A stretch of DNA of 64,000 nucleotides from an uncultured Actinomycetes bacterium (GTDB lineage Bacteria; Actinomycetota; UBA4738; HRBIN12). A program made the position numbers and the translations under genes. Below, in pieces: positions 41,015 to 50,386 of the stretch. Position 1 is the first letter of the stretch. Every line of letters starts with the position of its first letter. Where the stretch lies: positions 508,905 to 572,904 of the forward strand of contig CAWBOB010000007.1 of assembly GCA_963790335.1 (NCBI GenBank), in the 5' to 3' direction. The notes under the pieces were generated by a model. It had not been told where the DNA came from, made no database searches, and saw only the letters and a program-made list of their open reading frames with translations.

Positions 41015-42283
41015 TCAGCTCACGCCGGCCTTGAACCTCGCCCACTCGTCCTGGTAGAGCTGGTCATCTGCGGGCGCGAGCGGTAGCACGGGCTGGCCCT
41101 GCGCGAAGTCCTCCTCGGCCACCAGCGTGTTCTCCAGGTTCGGCGGGATGTAGCCGGCGTCGAGGAACTCCTGCACGGTCCACGCCCGACGAGGGGCGGC
41201 TGGAACCCCTCGTAGCCGAAGTTCGTCAGGCGCGACCTCCTTGTCCAACAGGAAGTTGATGAACAGGTGCGCGAGTACCGGGCTCTCGGCCGCGCTGTTG
41301 ATCACGATCGTGTCGTTGGCGACCTCCCAGCCGCCCTCGGGCGGGTAGTAGTAGCCGAGCACATCGACCTCGGTGCCCTTCGGCAGGTACCACTGCGCGT
41401 AGTTCATGTTCCCCGACCACGAGTAGCGCACGTGGCTCGTGCCCTCGGCGAGCTTCTGGTAGTCGCCGGGGCCGATCTCGACGTTCACGAGGTCGATCAT
41501 CTCGAGCAGTGAGTCGACGGCTGCCGCGAGCTCGGCCTGGTCGGTGGAGTTGAAATCGGTCCCCCGTTGCGGAGCAGCGCCATGCCGATCGTCTCGCGGT
41601 ATTCGTCGAGCACACCGACCTTGCCCGCGTACTTCGTGTCCCAGAAGATGTCGAACGGCATGTCGTAGGTCGACGGGTCGTCGACGAAGTCGCGGCGGTA
41701 CCCGATGCCGGTCTTCCACGTGAGGTAGGGCATCGTGTACTGCGGCCCTGCGTCGTACCAGGGGTCCTGGAAGTTCGGCCAGATGTTCTGCAGGTTCGTC
41801 ATGTACGTGTGGTTCCAGGGCTGCACGCGCTTGGCGGCGACGAGCTTGCCGACGTTCTCGATCGTCGGGAAGAACAGGTCCCACTGCGATCGTGTCGTTC
41901 TGGACCTTGTTCATGGCCTCGGCCATGCCGGCGAACTGCGTGAACTCGATCTCGACGCCGAACTCCGCCTCGAACTGCTTGATGACCTTCTTGTAGATGT
42001 AGTCGTTCCAGTTGTAGACGCGGAGCGGACCAGCTTCCTGCGTGAGGCCATCGTCGATCGCGGGGATCTCCTCGTAGAGGGGCAGGGTCACCGGGCTCTC
42101 GGGTGAGCCGAGCGGGATGCCGCCCTCGGCGGTCGTCGGGTCGGGTCCCGATCCGGCGTCGGTCGAGCTGTCGCGGCACGCCGCCAGCACGGCGCTCATC
42201 GAGGGAAGCGCGATGCCGGCGGCAGCCGCACGCTTGAGGAACTCACGCCGGGTACGGGCCGGTCGCTCGTTCGGATGCGCCAC
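41015..42283 (-). CDS. potD: ABC transporter substrate-binding protein, spermidine/putrescine (PotD/PotF-like), TAT lipoprotein; two apparent frameshifts (about 41570, about 41880)
   Basis: TAT motif TRREFLKRAAAAG plus lipobox. N- and C-terminal parts are in one frame and the middle (ORF 41497..41826) in another. One indel sits in a C5/G5 run. Confidence 0.55.
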   Translation of the reverse strand: MAHPNERPARTRREFLKRAAAAGIALPSMSAVLAACRDSSTDAGSGPDPTTAEGGIPLGSPESPVTLPLYEEIPAIDDGLTQEAGPLRVYNWNDYIYKKVIKQFEAEFGVEIEFTQFAGMAEAMNKVQNDTIAVGPVLPDDRERRQARRRQARAALEPHVHDEPAEHLAELPGPLVRRRAAVHDALPHVEDRHRVPPRLRRRPVDLRHAVRHLLGHEVRGQGRCARRIPRDDRHGAAPQRGTDFNSTDQAELAAAVDSLLEMIDLVNVEIGPGDYQKLAEGTSHVRYSWSGNMNYAQWYLPKGTEVDVLGYYYPPEGGWEVANDTIVINSAAESPVLAHLFINFLLDKEVAPDELRLRGVPAAPRRAWTVQEFLDAGYIPPNLENTLVAEEDFAQGQPVLPLAPADDQLYQDEWARFKAGVS

Positions 42284-42434
42284 TGAAGAACCCCCTTGGT
42301 GTGCACGGACAGTCATGCGGGGTCTACCGGCGCAGCGCAAGGCTGTCAAGGCAAGGGCGGAACACGAACCTTGACCGGTGGTCGTCGGGCGGTGGCTCTG
42401 CACGCGCGGGTTCGCAAGTGCTAGCGTCCGCGCG

Positions 42435-43388
42435 ATGGCTCGGTGGCGCAGATCGACGCCGGAGAACTCGCTCACCATGCTGTATCCGCGCGGGTTCTGG
42501 AAGTGGGCCGCGACACCCGGGGTGCTCTGGCTGGTCCTGCTGTTCGTGGTGCCGTTCTACGCCATCGTCTCGATGGCCGGCGGCACGCTGAACCCGCAGA
42601 CGGGCCTCGCGGTGCCACAGTGGAACCCTTCCTACTGGGATCGCGCGTCGTTCGGCTACGTCTTCGAGCAGCTGCTGTCGCCCGAGGGCGTCTACCGCGT
42701 CGTGTTCCTGCGAACGCTGCGCTACGTCTTCACCGCGGTCGTGCTCTGTGTGGTGATCGGCTACCCGGTCGCCTACCACGTGTCGCGCCTGCGTGGGCGC
42801 ACGAGGGGCATCGTGCTCGGGCTGCTGGTGCTGCCGTTCTGGATCAGCTACCTGATGCGCATGCTCGCGTGGGTGGGGCTGCTCAACGAGGAGGGTCTCG
42901 TCAACCGTGTGCTCACCGGCATCGGCGTGCTGCAGGACCCCTATCCCTGGCTCGAAGGCAAGGCCGTCACGGTGATCCTCGGCCTCGCCTACGGATACGT
43001 GCCCTTCCTGATCCTGCCGCTGTTCGCCGCGCTCGACCGGCTGCAGACCAGCTACCTCGAGGCCGCCTGGGATCTCGGCGCGAGCTCGTTCAGCACCTTC
43101 CGGCGGGTCACCCTTCCGCTGTCGAAGAACGGCATCCTCGCCGGGGTCGCGATCATCATGCTGCCGATGTTCGGCGACTTCTACACCGCTTACCTGCTCT
43201 CGAACGGCCGATCGAGCACGGCGATGATCGGCAACTCGATCCAGTCGCTGCTGCTGGAGACGACCTTCGGATACGCGCAGGCCCGCGGCGCGGCTCTCGT
43301 CACCGTGCTCGCGCTGTTCGTCTCGGTGCTCACGCTCTACTACATCGTCTCGACGGCTCGATCGACGCGAGAGGCGGCTCGGGCGTGA
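42435..43388 (+). CDS. potB: ABC transporter permease (PotB-like)
   Basis: Six TM helices and the EAA-like loop (LEAAWDLGASSFSTFRRVTLPLS). Confidence 0.7.
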   Translation: MARWRRSTPENSLTMLYPRGFWKWAATPGVLWLVLLFVVPFYAIVSMAGGTLNPQTGLAVPQWNPSYWDRASFGYVFEQLLSPEGVYRVVFLRTLRYVFTAVVLCVVIGYPVAYHVSRLRGRTRGIVLGLLVLPFWISYLMRMLAWVGLLNEEGLVNRVLTGIGVLQDPYPWLEGKAVTVILGLAYGYVPFLILPLFAALDRLQTSYLEAAWDLGASSFSTFRRVTLPLSKNGILAGVAIIMLPMFGDFYTAYLLSNGRSSTAMIGNSIQSLLLETTFGYAQARGAALVTVLALFVSVLTLYYIVSTARSTREAARA

Positions 43389-43401
43389 CGGTGATGCTTC
43401 G

Positions 43402-44280
43402 GTGAGCGTCGTCGGCAACCTGCTCGCGAACCCGTGGCGCAAGCATCGGTTCCTCGCCCTCTATACGTGGGTCTACCTCGCGTGGGCGATCGTTCCCGTC
43501 GTGATCGCGATCGGATTCTCGTTCAATGCAGGGCGATCCCGGAGCGTCTGGCAGGGCTTCTCCCTGGAATGGTGGATCCACAACCCCGACCTCTCGGTGC
43601 TGCACGACCCGACGCTCACCTCGGCGATCCGCCAGAGCCTCGTGCTCGCGGTCGCGACCATGGGCATCGCCACCCCGATCGGTGTCGCGCTCGCGCTCGG
43701 GCTCGCGCGATGGCGGGGACGGGGATCGGGCTCGGCTAACTTCCTCATGCTGCTGCCGCTCGTCACGCCCGAGATCGTGCTCGCGACCGGCATCTTCTTC
43801 ACCCTCGTCTACCTGTATCCGTTCCCTGACCCGGGCACCGTGGGACAGATCTTCGGTCACGTGACGTGGTCGATCCCCTACGTCGTCGTGGTGCTTCGCG
43901 GGCGCATCTTCAGCGTCGGCGCCGATCTCGAGGAAGCGGCCATGGACCTCGGGGCGACGCCGATCGACGCCCTGCGCCGCGTGCTGCTGCCCGCGCTCAC
44001 GCCCGCGGTCTTCGCGGCCTTCACGATCGTGTTCGCGCTGTCGATCGACGACTTCGTCACGAGCCAGTTCCTCTCGACCGACCTCAAGACACAGACCGTG
44101 CCGATGCTGATCTACAGCTCGGGACGCACGGCCCCGAACCCCGCGCTGAACGCGACCGCCACGCTCATGCTCGTGATCTCACTCGCCGCGATCGGCGTCG
44201 GCCTCGGCGGCATGCGCGTGCTCTCGAAGCGCCAGGGCGTGCAGGCCGAGAGCTCCGACGTGGCGAACATCCGCCTGTAG
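43402..44280 (+). CDS. potC: ABC transporter permease (PotC-like)
   Basis: Six TM helices and the EAA loop (LEEAAMDLGATPIDALRRVLLP). GTG start. Confidence 0.7.
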   Translation: MSVVGNLLANPWRKHRFLALYTWVYLAWAIVPVVIAIGFSFNAGRSRSVWQGFSLEWWIHNPDLSVLHDPTLTSAIRQSLVLAVATMGIATPIGVALALGLARWRGRGSGSANFLMLLPLVTPEIVLATGIFFTLVYLYPFPDPGTVGQIFGHVTWSIPYVVVVLRGRIFSVGADLEEAAMDLGATPIDALRRVLLPALTPAVFAAFTIVFALSIDDFVTSQFLSTDLKTQTVPMLIYSSGRTAPNPALNATATLMLVISLAAIGVGLGGMRVLSKRQGVQAESSDVANIRL

Positions 44281-44289
44281 GTTGGCCCG

Positions 44290-45120
44290 GTGTGTGCGTC
44301 GAACATCGCGGACGTGCTGCGGGTCGATCCGTCGGGCTCGGGCCTGGCCGGCATCGAGCCCCGCTCGACTCCTGGCGTCGCGAACCGGGAGGCCGCCGAG
44401 GTCGCGATGCCCGAGCTCGCGGACCGTCTCGACGAGCTGCAGGAGCGCCTGTGGGTCGAAGCAGAGCGGTCGCTGCTCGTCGTGCTGCAAGGCATGGATA
44501 CGAGCGGCAAGGGGGGCACGATCCGCCACGTCTTCTCGGCGATGCACCCCGCCGGCGTCGAGGTGGCCTCGTTCAAGCGACCGACCGACGAGGAGCTCGC
44601 GCACCACTTCCTCTGGCGCATCGAGCGGCGCCTGCCCGTGCCCGGCGAGGTGGTGGTGTTCGACCGTTCGCACTACGAGGACGTGCTCATCGCGCGCGTG
44701 CGCTCGCTCGTGCCCGAGCAGATCTGGCGGGCGCGGTACGCCGAGATCGTTGAGTTCGAACGCCGCGTGGCGGCTGCCGGCACGACGATCGTGAAGTGCA
44801 TGCTGCACATCTCCTACGACGAGCAGCGCGAGCGACTGCTCGCCCGTCTCGACGACCCGTCGAAGCGCTGGAAGTTCAACGAGGGCGACCTCGAGGAGCG
44901 CGCCCGCTGGAGTGACTACATGGCCGCGTACGCCGACGCGATCCGGGAATGCTCGACCGACGACGCTCCCTGGTACGTGATCCCCGCCGACCGCAAGTGG
45001 TACCGGAACTGGGCGATCTCGTCGCTGCTGGTGGCGACGCTCGAACGCATGGATCCGCGACTGCCGGTGCCCGATCTCGATATGGACGCGCTCAAGGCGC
45101 GCCTCGAACCGCCCGGCTGA
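44290..45120 (+). CDS. ppk2: Polyphosphate kinase 2 family (polyphosphate:nucleotide phosphotransferase)
   Basis: PPK2 motifs (LQGMDTSGKGGTIRHV Walker A, VVFDRSHYEDV, WYVIPADRKWYRNWAIS). Confidence 0.8.
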   Translation: MCASNIADVLRVDPSGSGLAGIEPRSTPGVANREAAEVAMPELADRLDELQERLWVEAERSLLVVLQGMDTSGKGGTIRHVFSAMHPAGVEVASFKRPTDEELAHHFLWRIERRLPVPGEVVVFDRSHYEDVLIARVRSLVPEQIWRARYAEIVEFERRVAAAGTTIVKCMLHISYDEQRERLLARLDDPSKRWKFNEGDLEERARWSDYMAAYADAIRECSTDDAPWYVIPADRKWYRNWAISSLLVATLERMDPRLPVPDLDMDALKARLEPPG

Positions 45121-45170
45121 TGCTCGTCGGCGCTCCGCCCGTTCCGCATCTGCACCCGTAGCATGGGGTG

Positions 45171-45849
45171 ATGCCCGAGCGACCTCGCCGACGCGTGGCG
45201 CCCTGACCACCTCGAACGCGTTGGCGCCCTGACCACCCTCGCGATCGTCGCTGCCGCGTGCTCCGGTGGTGCGGACCCTGTCGGTGTCTCGCCGGTCAGC
45301 GATCCGCCGACGGTGACCGCGAGTGGCGTGCCGTCGGGCGATGGATCCGCTGTTTCGGGACCGACGCCCGACGTGCTGCGGTTCTCCGCTCCCCGGCTCG
45401 ACGGCGGCACCGTGCGAGGTGAGGACTACTCGGGCAGCGACGTCGCCTTCTGGTTCTGGGCTCCGTGGTGAACGACGTGCCAGGGGGCGGCCCCTGACGT
45501 CGCGCAGGTTGCGCGAGCCTACGGCAGCGACGTCGAGTTCATCGGCGTGCCCGGCAACGACTCCACCGAGAACATGCGGGCGTTCGTCGACGAGTACGGC
45601 CTGCGGTTCCAACAGGCGGTGACCGAGGACGGCTCGCTGTGGGCGCGGTTCGGCGTTGCCTACCAGCCGGCCTGGGTCTTCGTCGACGACTCGGGTGAGA
45701 CCACGGTCGTGCCCTACGAGCTCGGCAGGGACGACCTCGAGGCGACGCTCGACGAGCTCATCGAGCAGTTGACGCGCCGGCCGATCGCCCGCGTCATCGG
45801 CCGGTCGCGCGCCACGCATCGAGGAGCGCTCGCTCTCGCTCGGCGCTGA
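45171..45849 (+). CDS. TlpA/ResA-like thiol-disulfide oxidoreductase lipoprotein; in-frame TGA at the first Cys of CxxC (candidate selenocysteine or pseudogene). The 5' end is disrupted by a 25-bp tandem duplication.
   Basis: Frame 1 reads FSAPRLDGGTVRGEDYSGSDVAFWFWAPW-TGA-TTCQGAAPDV...FIGV. This is the exact thioredoxin-fold WAPWCxxC context, with TGA at 45469-45471. The ATG 45171 signal peptide (MPERPRRRV...) is in another frame because of the duplication at 45190-45240. Confidence 0.45.
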
Positions 45850-46790
45850 GCCCCGCCTGCATCGGTTCCTGCTCTCGGTCCCGATCCCACGCGAGCGTGT
45901 CGCGCACGGTCTCGGCCGGCGGCCGGCACTCGAGGCCGGCCCCGAACGCGCGGCTCGGGTCGAACGCGTGGAATCCCGGTGCCTCCGGCCACCACAGCGG
46001 GAACGCCTCGTGCGGGTCGTCGCCGGCTTCCTCACCGGCGAAGGCCTCGACGATGAACGCCTCGTCGACCCACACGACGTCGGTCGACGCACCGGCCGCA
46101 GCGGCGGCCTCGCCGATGACCTCTCCCAGGGTCATCGTGGGCGCACGGTCCACGACACCGTAGACGCCGGGCGTCGCGTGCTCGGCCAGCGAGAGCACGA
46201 ACGCCGCGAGGTCACGGGCGTCGACCCACTGCAGCCCGTAGTCGGAGGGCGCGGGGGCGATCATCTCGCCGCCGGCGGCGCCCCGTCGCACCCAGGAGGT
46301 GAACCGGTCGGTCGGATCGTTCGGTCCCACGATGAACCCCGGCCTGATCACGCAGGCGCGGTCACCGAAGACCTGGATCACCTCGCGCTCGCACGCCACC
46401 TTGAGCGGTCCGTAGGTCTCGTCGGTGACGTCCTCGGTGTCGGGGAACGGCGGCTCGAAGATCGGGGAATCCTCGTTCGCGCCCGGCGGCAGATCCTCGG
46501 GGTGCGCCGACAGCGACGAGATGAACCCGTACCAGCCGCTGTCCGCCAGCAACCCGGCCGAAGCCCGCACGGCCCTGCGGCACGTAGCCGCACGTGTCGA
46601 CGACCGCGTCGAACCGGCGTCCGGCGAGCGCGTCGACGCCCTGGTCGCGATCGCCGATGACGTGCTCGGCCTCGGGCATGAGATCGGTCGGCGTGCGGTG
46701 GAACAGGGTGACCTCATGTCCTCGCTCGAGCGCGAGCTCCGACAGGGCCCGGCCCGAGAACCGGGCCCCGCCGATGACCAGCAGCCTCAC
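45794..46790 (-). CDS. NAD-dependent epimerase/dehydratase family protein; apparent frameshift near 46580
   Basis: N-terminus VRLLVIGGARFSG...TCGYVPQ, then it continues in the frame of ORF 45794..46717. GTG start 31 nt after the fba stop. Confidence 0.5.
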
Positions 46791-46821
46791 GGACGGCCCC
46801 GTGCCGCTCGCGGCCGCGCGA

Positions 46822-47844
46822 TCACGCTGCCGATGACTCCAGCTCGGCCCGGTACTCACCACTCGTGGCGAGCCCGTTCATGCGCGCCCGGTGCGTGAGG
46901 GCATCCTGTGCAGCCTTGACGTTGGCATCGTCTCCGCGCCATGCGGCGAGCGACGGCGCCTGCAGGGCCCGGCCGTAGGAGAAGCTCAGCCGCCACGCAA
47001 GGCCGCTTCCGCCGATGCGGTTCATCTCGTTGAGCCGGCTCGTGGCGTGCTCGTCGCTCATGCCGCCCGACAGGAACACGACGCCTGGGACCTCGGCAGG
47101 AACGTTCGCCGTGAGGCATCGGATCGTGGCTTCGGCGACCGTGGCGTCGTCGTCCTGCGTGGCGGACCCCGTGCCCGGCACGATCATGTTGACCTTGAGC
47201 AGCGAGCCGGGCAGATCGACCCTGGCCTCAGCCATCGAGCGGTACAGGGAGTCGAGCGTGCGCCCGGTCGCGTCCTCGCACGCGGCGATGTCGTGGTCGC
47301 CGTCCATGAGGATCTCGGGCTCCACGATCGGCACGACCTCGGCTTCCTGGCACAGGGCGGCATACCGAGCCATCGCGTGGGCGTTGGCATCGATCGCTGC
47401 ATCGGTGGGGAGCCCATCGCCGATCATGATCGTGGCGCGCCACTTGGCGAATCGGGCACCGAGCCCCACGTACTCAGCGAGTCGCTCCCGCAATCCGTCG
47501 AGCCCTTCGGTGACGGTCTCGCCGGGGAAGAACGCGAGCGGCTTCGCGCCGGCGTCGACCTTGATGCCGGGGATCACGCCCGCTTCCTGCAGGACCTGCA
47601 CGAAGGTGCGGCCGTCGTCGGCCGACTGACGGATCGTCTCGTCGAACAGGATCGCGCCGCTGATGTGGTCGCCGACCCCGGGGGTCGTGAACAGCAGCTG
47701 GCGGTACCGGCGTCTGGCGTCCTCGGTCGAGTCGACCCCGATCGTGTCGAAGCGCTTCGCGATGGTGCCGCTGGACTCGTCGGCCGCGAGGATGCCCTTG
47801 CCGGGCGCCACGAGCGCCAGCGCCGTGTCGTGCGTCGATGTCAT
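46822..47844 (-). CDS. fba: Fructose-bisphosphate aldolase, class I
   Basis: Class-I aldolase signatures (GKGILAADES, IPGIKVD, Schiff-base Lys region LLKVNMIVPG). 340 aa. Confidence 0.85.
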   Translation of the reverse strand: MTSTHDTALALVAPGKGILAADESSGTIAKRFDTIGVDSTEDARRRYRQLLFTTPGVGDHISGAILFDETIRQSADDGRTFVQVLQEAGVIPGIKVDAGAKPLAFFPGETVTEGLDGLRERLAEYVGLGARFAKWRATIMIGDGLPTDAAIDANAHAMARYAALCQEAEVVPIVEPEILMDGDHDIAACEDATGRTLDSLYRSMAEARVDLPGSLLKVNMIVPGTGSATQDDDATVAEATIRCLTANVPAEVPGVVFLSGGMSDEHATSRLNEMNRIGGSGLAWRLSFSYGRALQAPSLAAWRGDDANVKAAQDALTHRARMNGLATSGEYRAELESSAA

Positions 47845-47932
47845 GTGCCTTCCGGTTCCGGGGGATGGAACCGCTCCCGCCCGCAGCCTATCGCCACGGC
47901 GGGGCGTCGGCGGCGGCTTTCAAGGGTGCGGT

Positions 47933-47959
47933 GACGCATACCGATAGGAGGGTATGCGC
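47933..47959 (+). promoter_or_regulatory. 8-bp perfect hairpin (CGCATACC/GGTATGCG) enclosing the SD and start codon of the L,D-transpeptidase gene
   Basis: The loop GATAGGAG carries the AGGAG Shine-Dalgarno. ATG 47954 lies in the 3' arm. Confidence 0.35.
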
Positions 47960-48799
47960 AGCCCCTCTACCCTCCGCGCGTCGTGGGTGGCGACGGTCGT
48001 CGCGAGCGTGCTCGCGCTCGCACCCCCGGTCGCGACCGGCCTCACCGGATCGACGGCGGACCCCACTCCGGTCGCGAGCGGGATCGCGTCGTCGGAGCGC
48101 TCGTTCGGTGACGGAGCAGACGCAACCCCAGCCGAGGCTTCAGGAGCGACGCGGCCCGGGGCGCCGGCTCCGAGCCCACCGAAGCCGGCGCAGCCCACGG
48201 GCCACCTGCTCGTGCGTGTGCCGCGTGACATGGCCGTGCGCGCGCATCCCAGCGCCGGCGCGTCGGTGGTCGGCACGATGCCGAGTGGCTCGAAGTACTA
48301 CGACGTGCCCGTCACCGCCTGGATCGAGGAGGTCTCCCCCGATGGGCGTTGGGGACGCGTCGAGATCCCCTACGTCTGGCCCCGCCGCCACGGATGGATC
48401 CCGCTGCGGGACCTGGCCCAAAGGACCACCGGCGTGCAGGTGCGCGTGGATCTCTCCGAGCATCGCATCACCGTCGCGAGGTTCGGGCAGGCGGTGTTCG
48501 GCATGCCGGCCGCGACCGGCGCGGCGGTCTCGCCCACACCGCCGGGTGAGTACTTCGTGACCGACCGCATCGCGTTCTCGGGAGGCTCGCTCGGCACCTT
48601 CGCGTTCGGCATCTCGGGCATCCAGCCGAACCTGCCGCCGGGGTGGAACGGAGGCAACCAGCTGGCGATCCACGGTACGAACGATCCGTCGTCGATCGGA
48701 CGCTCGACGAGCGCCGGTTGCCTGCGCGTGAGCGAGCGCTCGCTCGAGCGGCTGGAGCCGCTGCTCTCGCTGGGCACGCCCGTGCTCGTCGTCCGATGA
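47954..48799 (+). CDS. L,D-transpeptidase (YkuD domain) with N-terminal Pro/Ala-rich linker and SH3-like region
   Basis: Signal peptide. YkuD catalytic region ...HGTNDPSSIGRSTSAGCLRVSERSLERL. Confidence 0.75.
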   Translation: MRSPSTLRASWVATVVASVLALAPPVATGLTGSTADPTPVASGIASSERSFGDGADATPAEASGATRPGAPAPSPPKPAQPTGHLLVRVPRDMAVRAHPSAGASVVGTMPSGSKYYDVPVTAWIEEVSPDGRWGRVEIPYVWPRRHGWIPLRDLAQRTTGVQVRVDLSEHRITVARFGQAVFGMPAATGAAVSPTPPGEYFVTDRIAFSGGSLGTFAFGISGIQPNLPPGWNGGNQLAIHGTNDPSSIGRSTSAGCLRVSERSLERLEPLLSLGTPVLVVR

Positions 48800-48850
48800 C
48801 CGGACCGTCGGCCGTCGGGTTCCGGCGCGTTCTGTGTAGTCTGGCTTGGA

Positions 48851-49408
48851 CTAGTCGCGGGCGCGCTCGGCGACGAACGCCCTGAGCTGCGGAAGGTGCG
48901 CCTCGGCGTGCCGGAACGGCCCGCCCGGGCCGCCCAACAGGTTCCCGAGACGCACACCCGCGGCCGTGCGGCCGCGTGGAGTGCCCGGACGCTTCCACCG
49001 TGCGTCGCCGAGTGCGTCGAGCCTCGCGACCAGCCGCTCGTGCGTGGCCTCGGCTCGACGCCGCTGATCGGACGCGCGCCGTGACGATTTGGCGTTCACG
49101 GCGTCGCCGTTGAGCGCCGATGTGCTGGTGGACCAGATCACCGCGTCGATGGCGGGGCCGTGACCGGCTTCCCAAGCATCGAGGGCTTCCAGCGCGTACT
49201 CCTGCCAACTCTCCAGGTGGCCGAGCAGATCCTTGGGCGACCACTCGCCGCCTCCGAGCCCGCGCGTCGTGCGCGCCCGGGGAGGAAGCCGGTCGTACAA
49301 CGAGAACACCTCGGCCATGCCTTCGCGGAGGATGCGGATCGCGCGGCGTCTCGTCGGCACGGCGTGCCCGCGGCCGGACCCGCCGTTCGAGGTCTGATCG
49401 GTGGCCAT
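48851..49408 (-). CDS. ClbS/DfsB-family (DUF1706) four-helix-bundle protein
   Basis: WSPKDLLGHLESWQEYALEALDAW resembles the ClbS/DfsB signature. Start uncertain (49408 or 49318). Confidence 0.45.
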   Translation of the reverse strand: MATDQTSNGGSGRGHAVPTRRRAIRILREGMAEVFSLYDRLPPRARTTRGLGGGEWSPKDLLGHLESWQEYALEALDAWEAGHGPAIDAVIWSTSTSALNGDAVNAKSSRRASDQRRRAEATHERLVARLDALGDARWKRPGTPRGRTAAGVRLGNLLGGPGGPFRHAEAHLPQLRAFVAERARD

Positions 49409-49420
49409 GTCACGTCGAGC

Positions 49421-50386
49421 CTAGAGGCCGTCGTCAGAGGCGGCGAGCCACCAGCGTGCGGCGAGCAGCTCGACCACGAGCGTCTCGCAGAGCAGCGCCA
49501 CCAACGGGTCGTCGTCGTGGCGGTACCGCACCGTGAGCGCGGCGCCCTCGACGTCGCCGCCGACCGCGACCACCGTCGCCCGACGCTCGAGCATCCACTC
49601 CATGATCGCCGTGTCGAAGCGCGAGCCCGCGAAGAGCACCGCCCGATAGTCGAGCGGCTTCGTGAGGTAGACATCGACGTGCAGCCAGTCGCCCGACTCG
49701 CACGCGTCGGCCACGCGACGCGGGCCCTCCCGCAGCATGAGCGCCGCCTGCTCCGCCGAGGCGAAACGCTCGGCGGGCGCGATCGTGAACACCGGACCCT
49801 CGCCGAGGGCCTGCGCCACCGCGGGCAGCCAGCGGTCGCGGCGCGCCAGCAGGTCATCGCTCGCATCGGCCGCGCGGCGTACGGCGAGCGGCACCTCCGA
49901 TGCGGCGTCGCCGGAGATCGCTGTCTCGAGCGCCAGGAGCAGCGCAAGGGTGTGGTGGAACGAACGGCAGGCGACGCCACCTTCCTCGTCGGCGGCGAGC
50001 ATCGAGACCACCGAGTCGGCAGCTCGCTCGATGGCCGAGCCGGACCGGTTCGTGAGGGCGACGGTCGAGCTCACACCTCGGTGGCGCGCGAGCGCCTCGA
50101 TCGTCTCTGGCGTCTCGCCGCTCGCCGAGACGCCCACTGCGAGCAAGCCGGCAGCCGGAGGTGTGCCGGCGGTCAGCGAGGCGAGCTCCGCGACCGCGTC
50201 GACGCCACGGGCGCGCATCCTCGTCGCGACGGCGCCCGCGGCGTACCGAGACGAGCCCATGCCGATCATCACGACGCTCATCGCGGCGGCGTTCGGCCAG
50301 GGCTCGCGCTCGTCGAGCGAGTCGGCGAGGGCACGCAACGTTTCCGGCGTGCGCTCCAGGTCGCGAACGAACGCAGCGGGGTCCAT
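49421..50386 (-). CDS. SIS-domain phosphosugar isomerase/aminotransferase-like protein
   Basis: SIS signature (IGMGSSRYAAG, VGVSASGETPETIEA). The ATG 50386 overlaps the stop of the upstream kinase (ATGA). Confidence 0.6.
   Translation of the reverse strand: MDPAAFVRDLERTPETLRALADSLDEREPWPNAAAMSVVMIGMGSSRYAAGAVATRMRARGVDAVAELASLTAGTPPAAGLLAVGVSASGETPETIEALARHRGVSSTVALTNRSGSAIERAADSVVSMLAADEEGGVACRSFHHTLALLLALETAISGDAASEVPLAVRRAADASDDLLARRDRWLPAVAQALGEGPVFTIAPAERFASAEQAALMLREGPRRVADACESGDWLHVDVYLTKPLDYRAVLFAGSRFDTAIMEWMLERRATVVAVGGDVEGAALTVRYRHDDDPLVALLCETLVVELLAARWWLAASDDGL

Noticed and set aside
45469-45471. Treating the TGA in the redoxin as proof of a selenoprotein
   Set aside because: The same gene has a disrupted 5' end, and the window has many other defects. 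A pseudogene is equally plausible, so it is reported as a candidate only.
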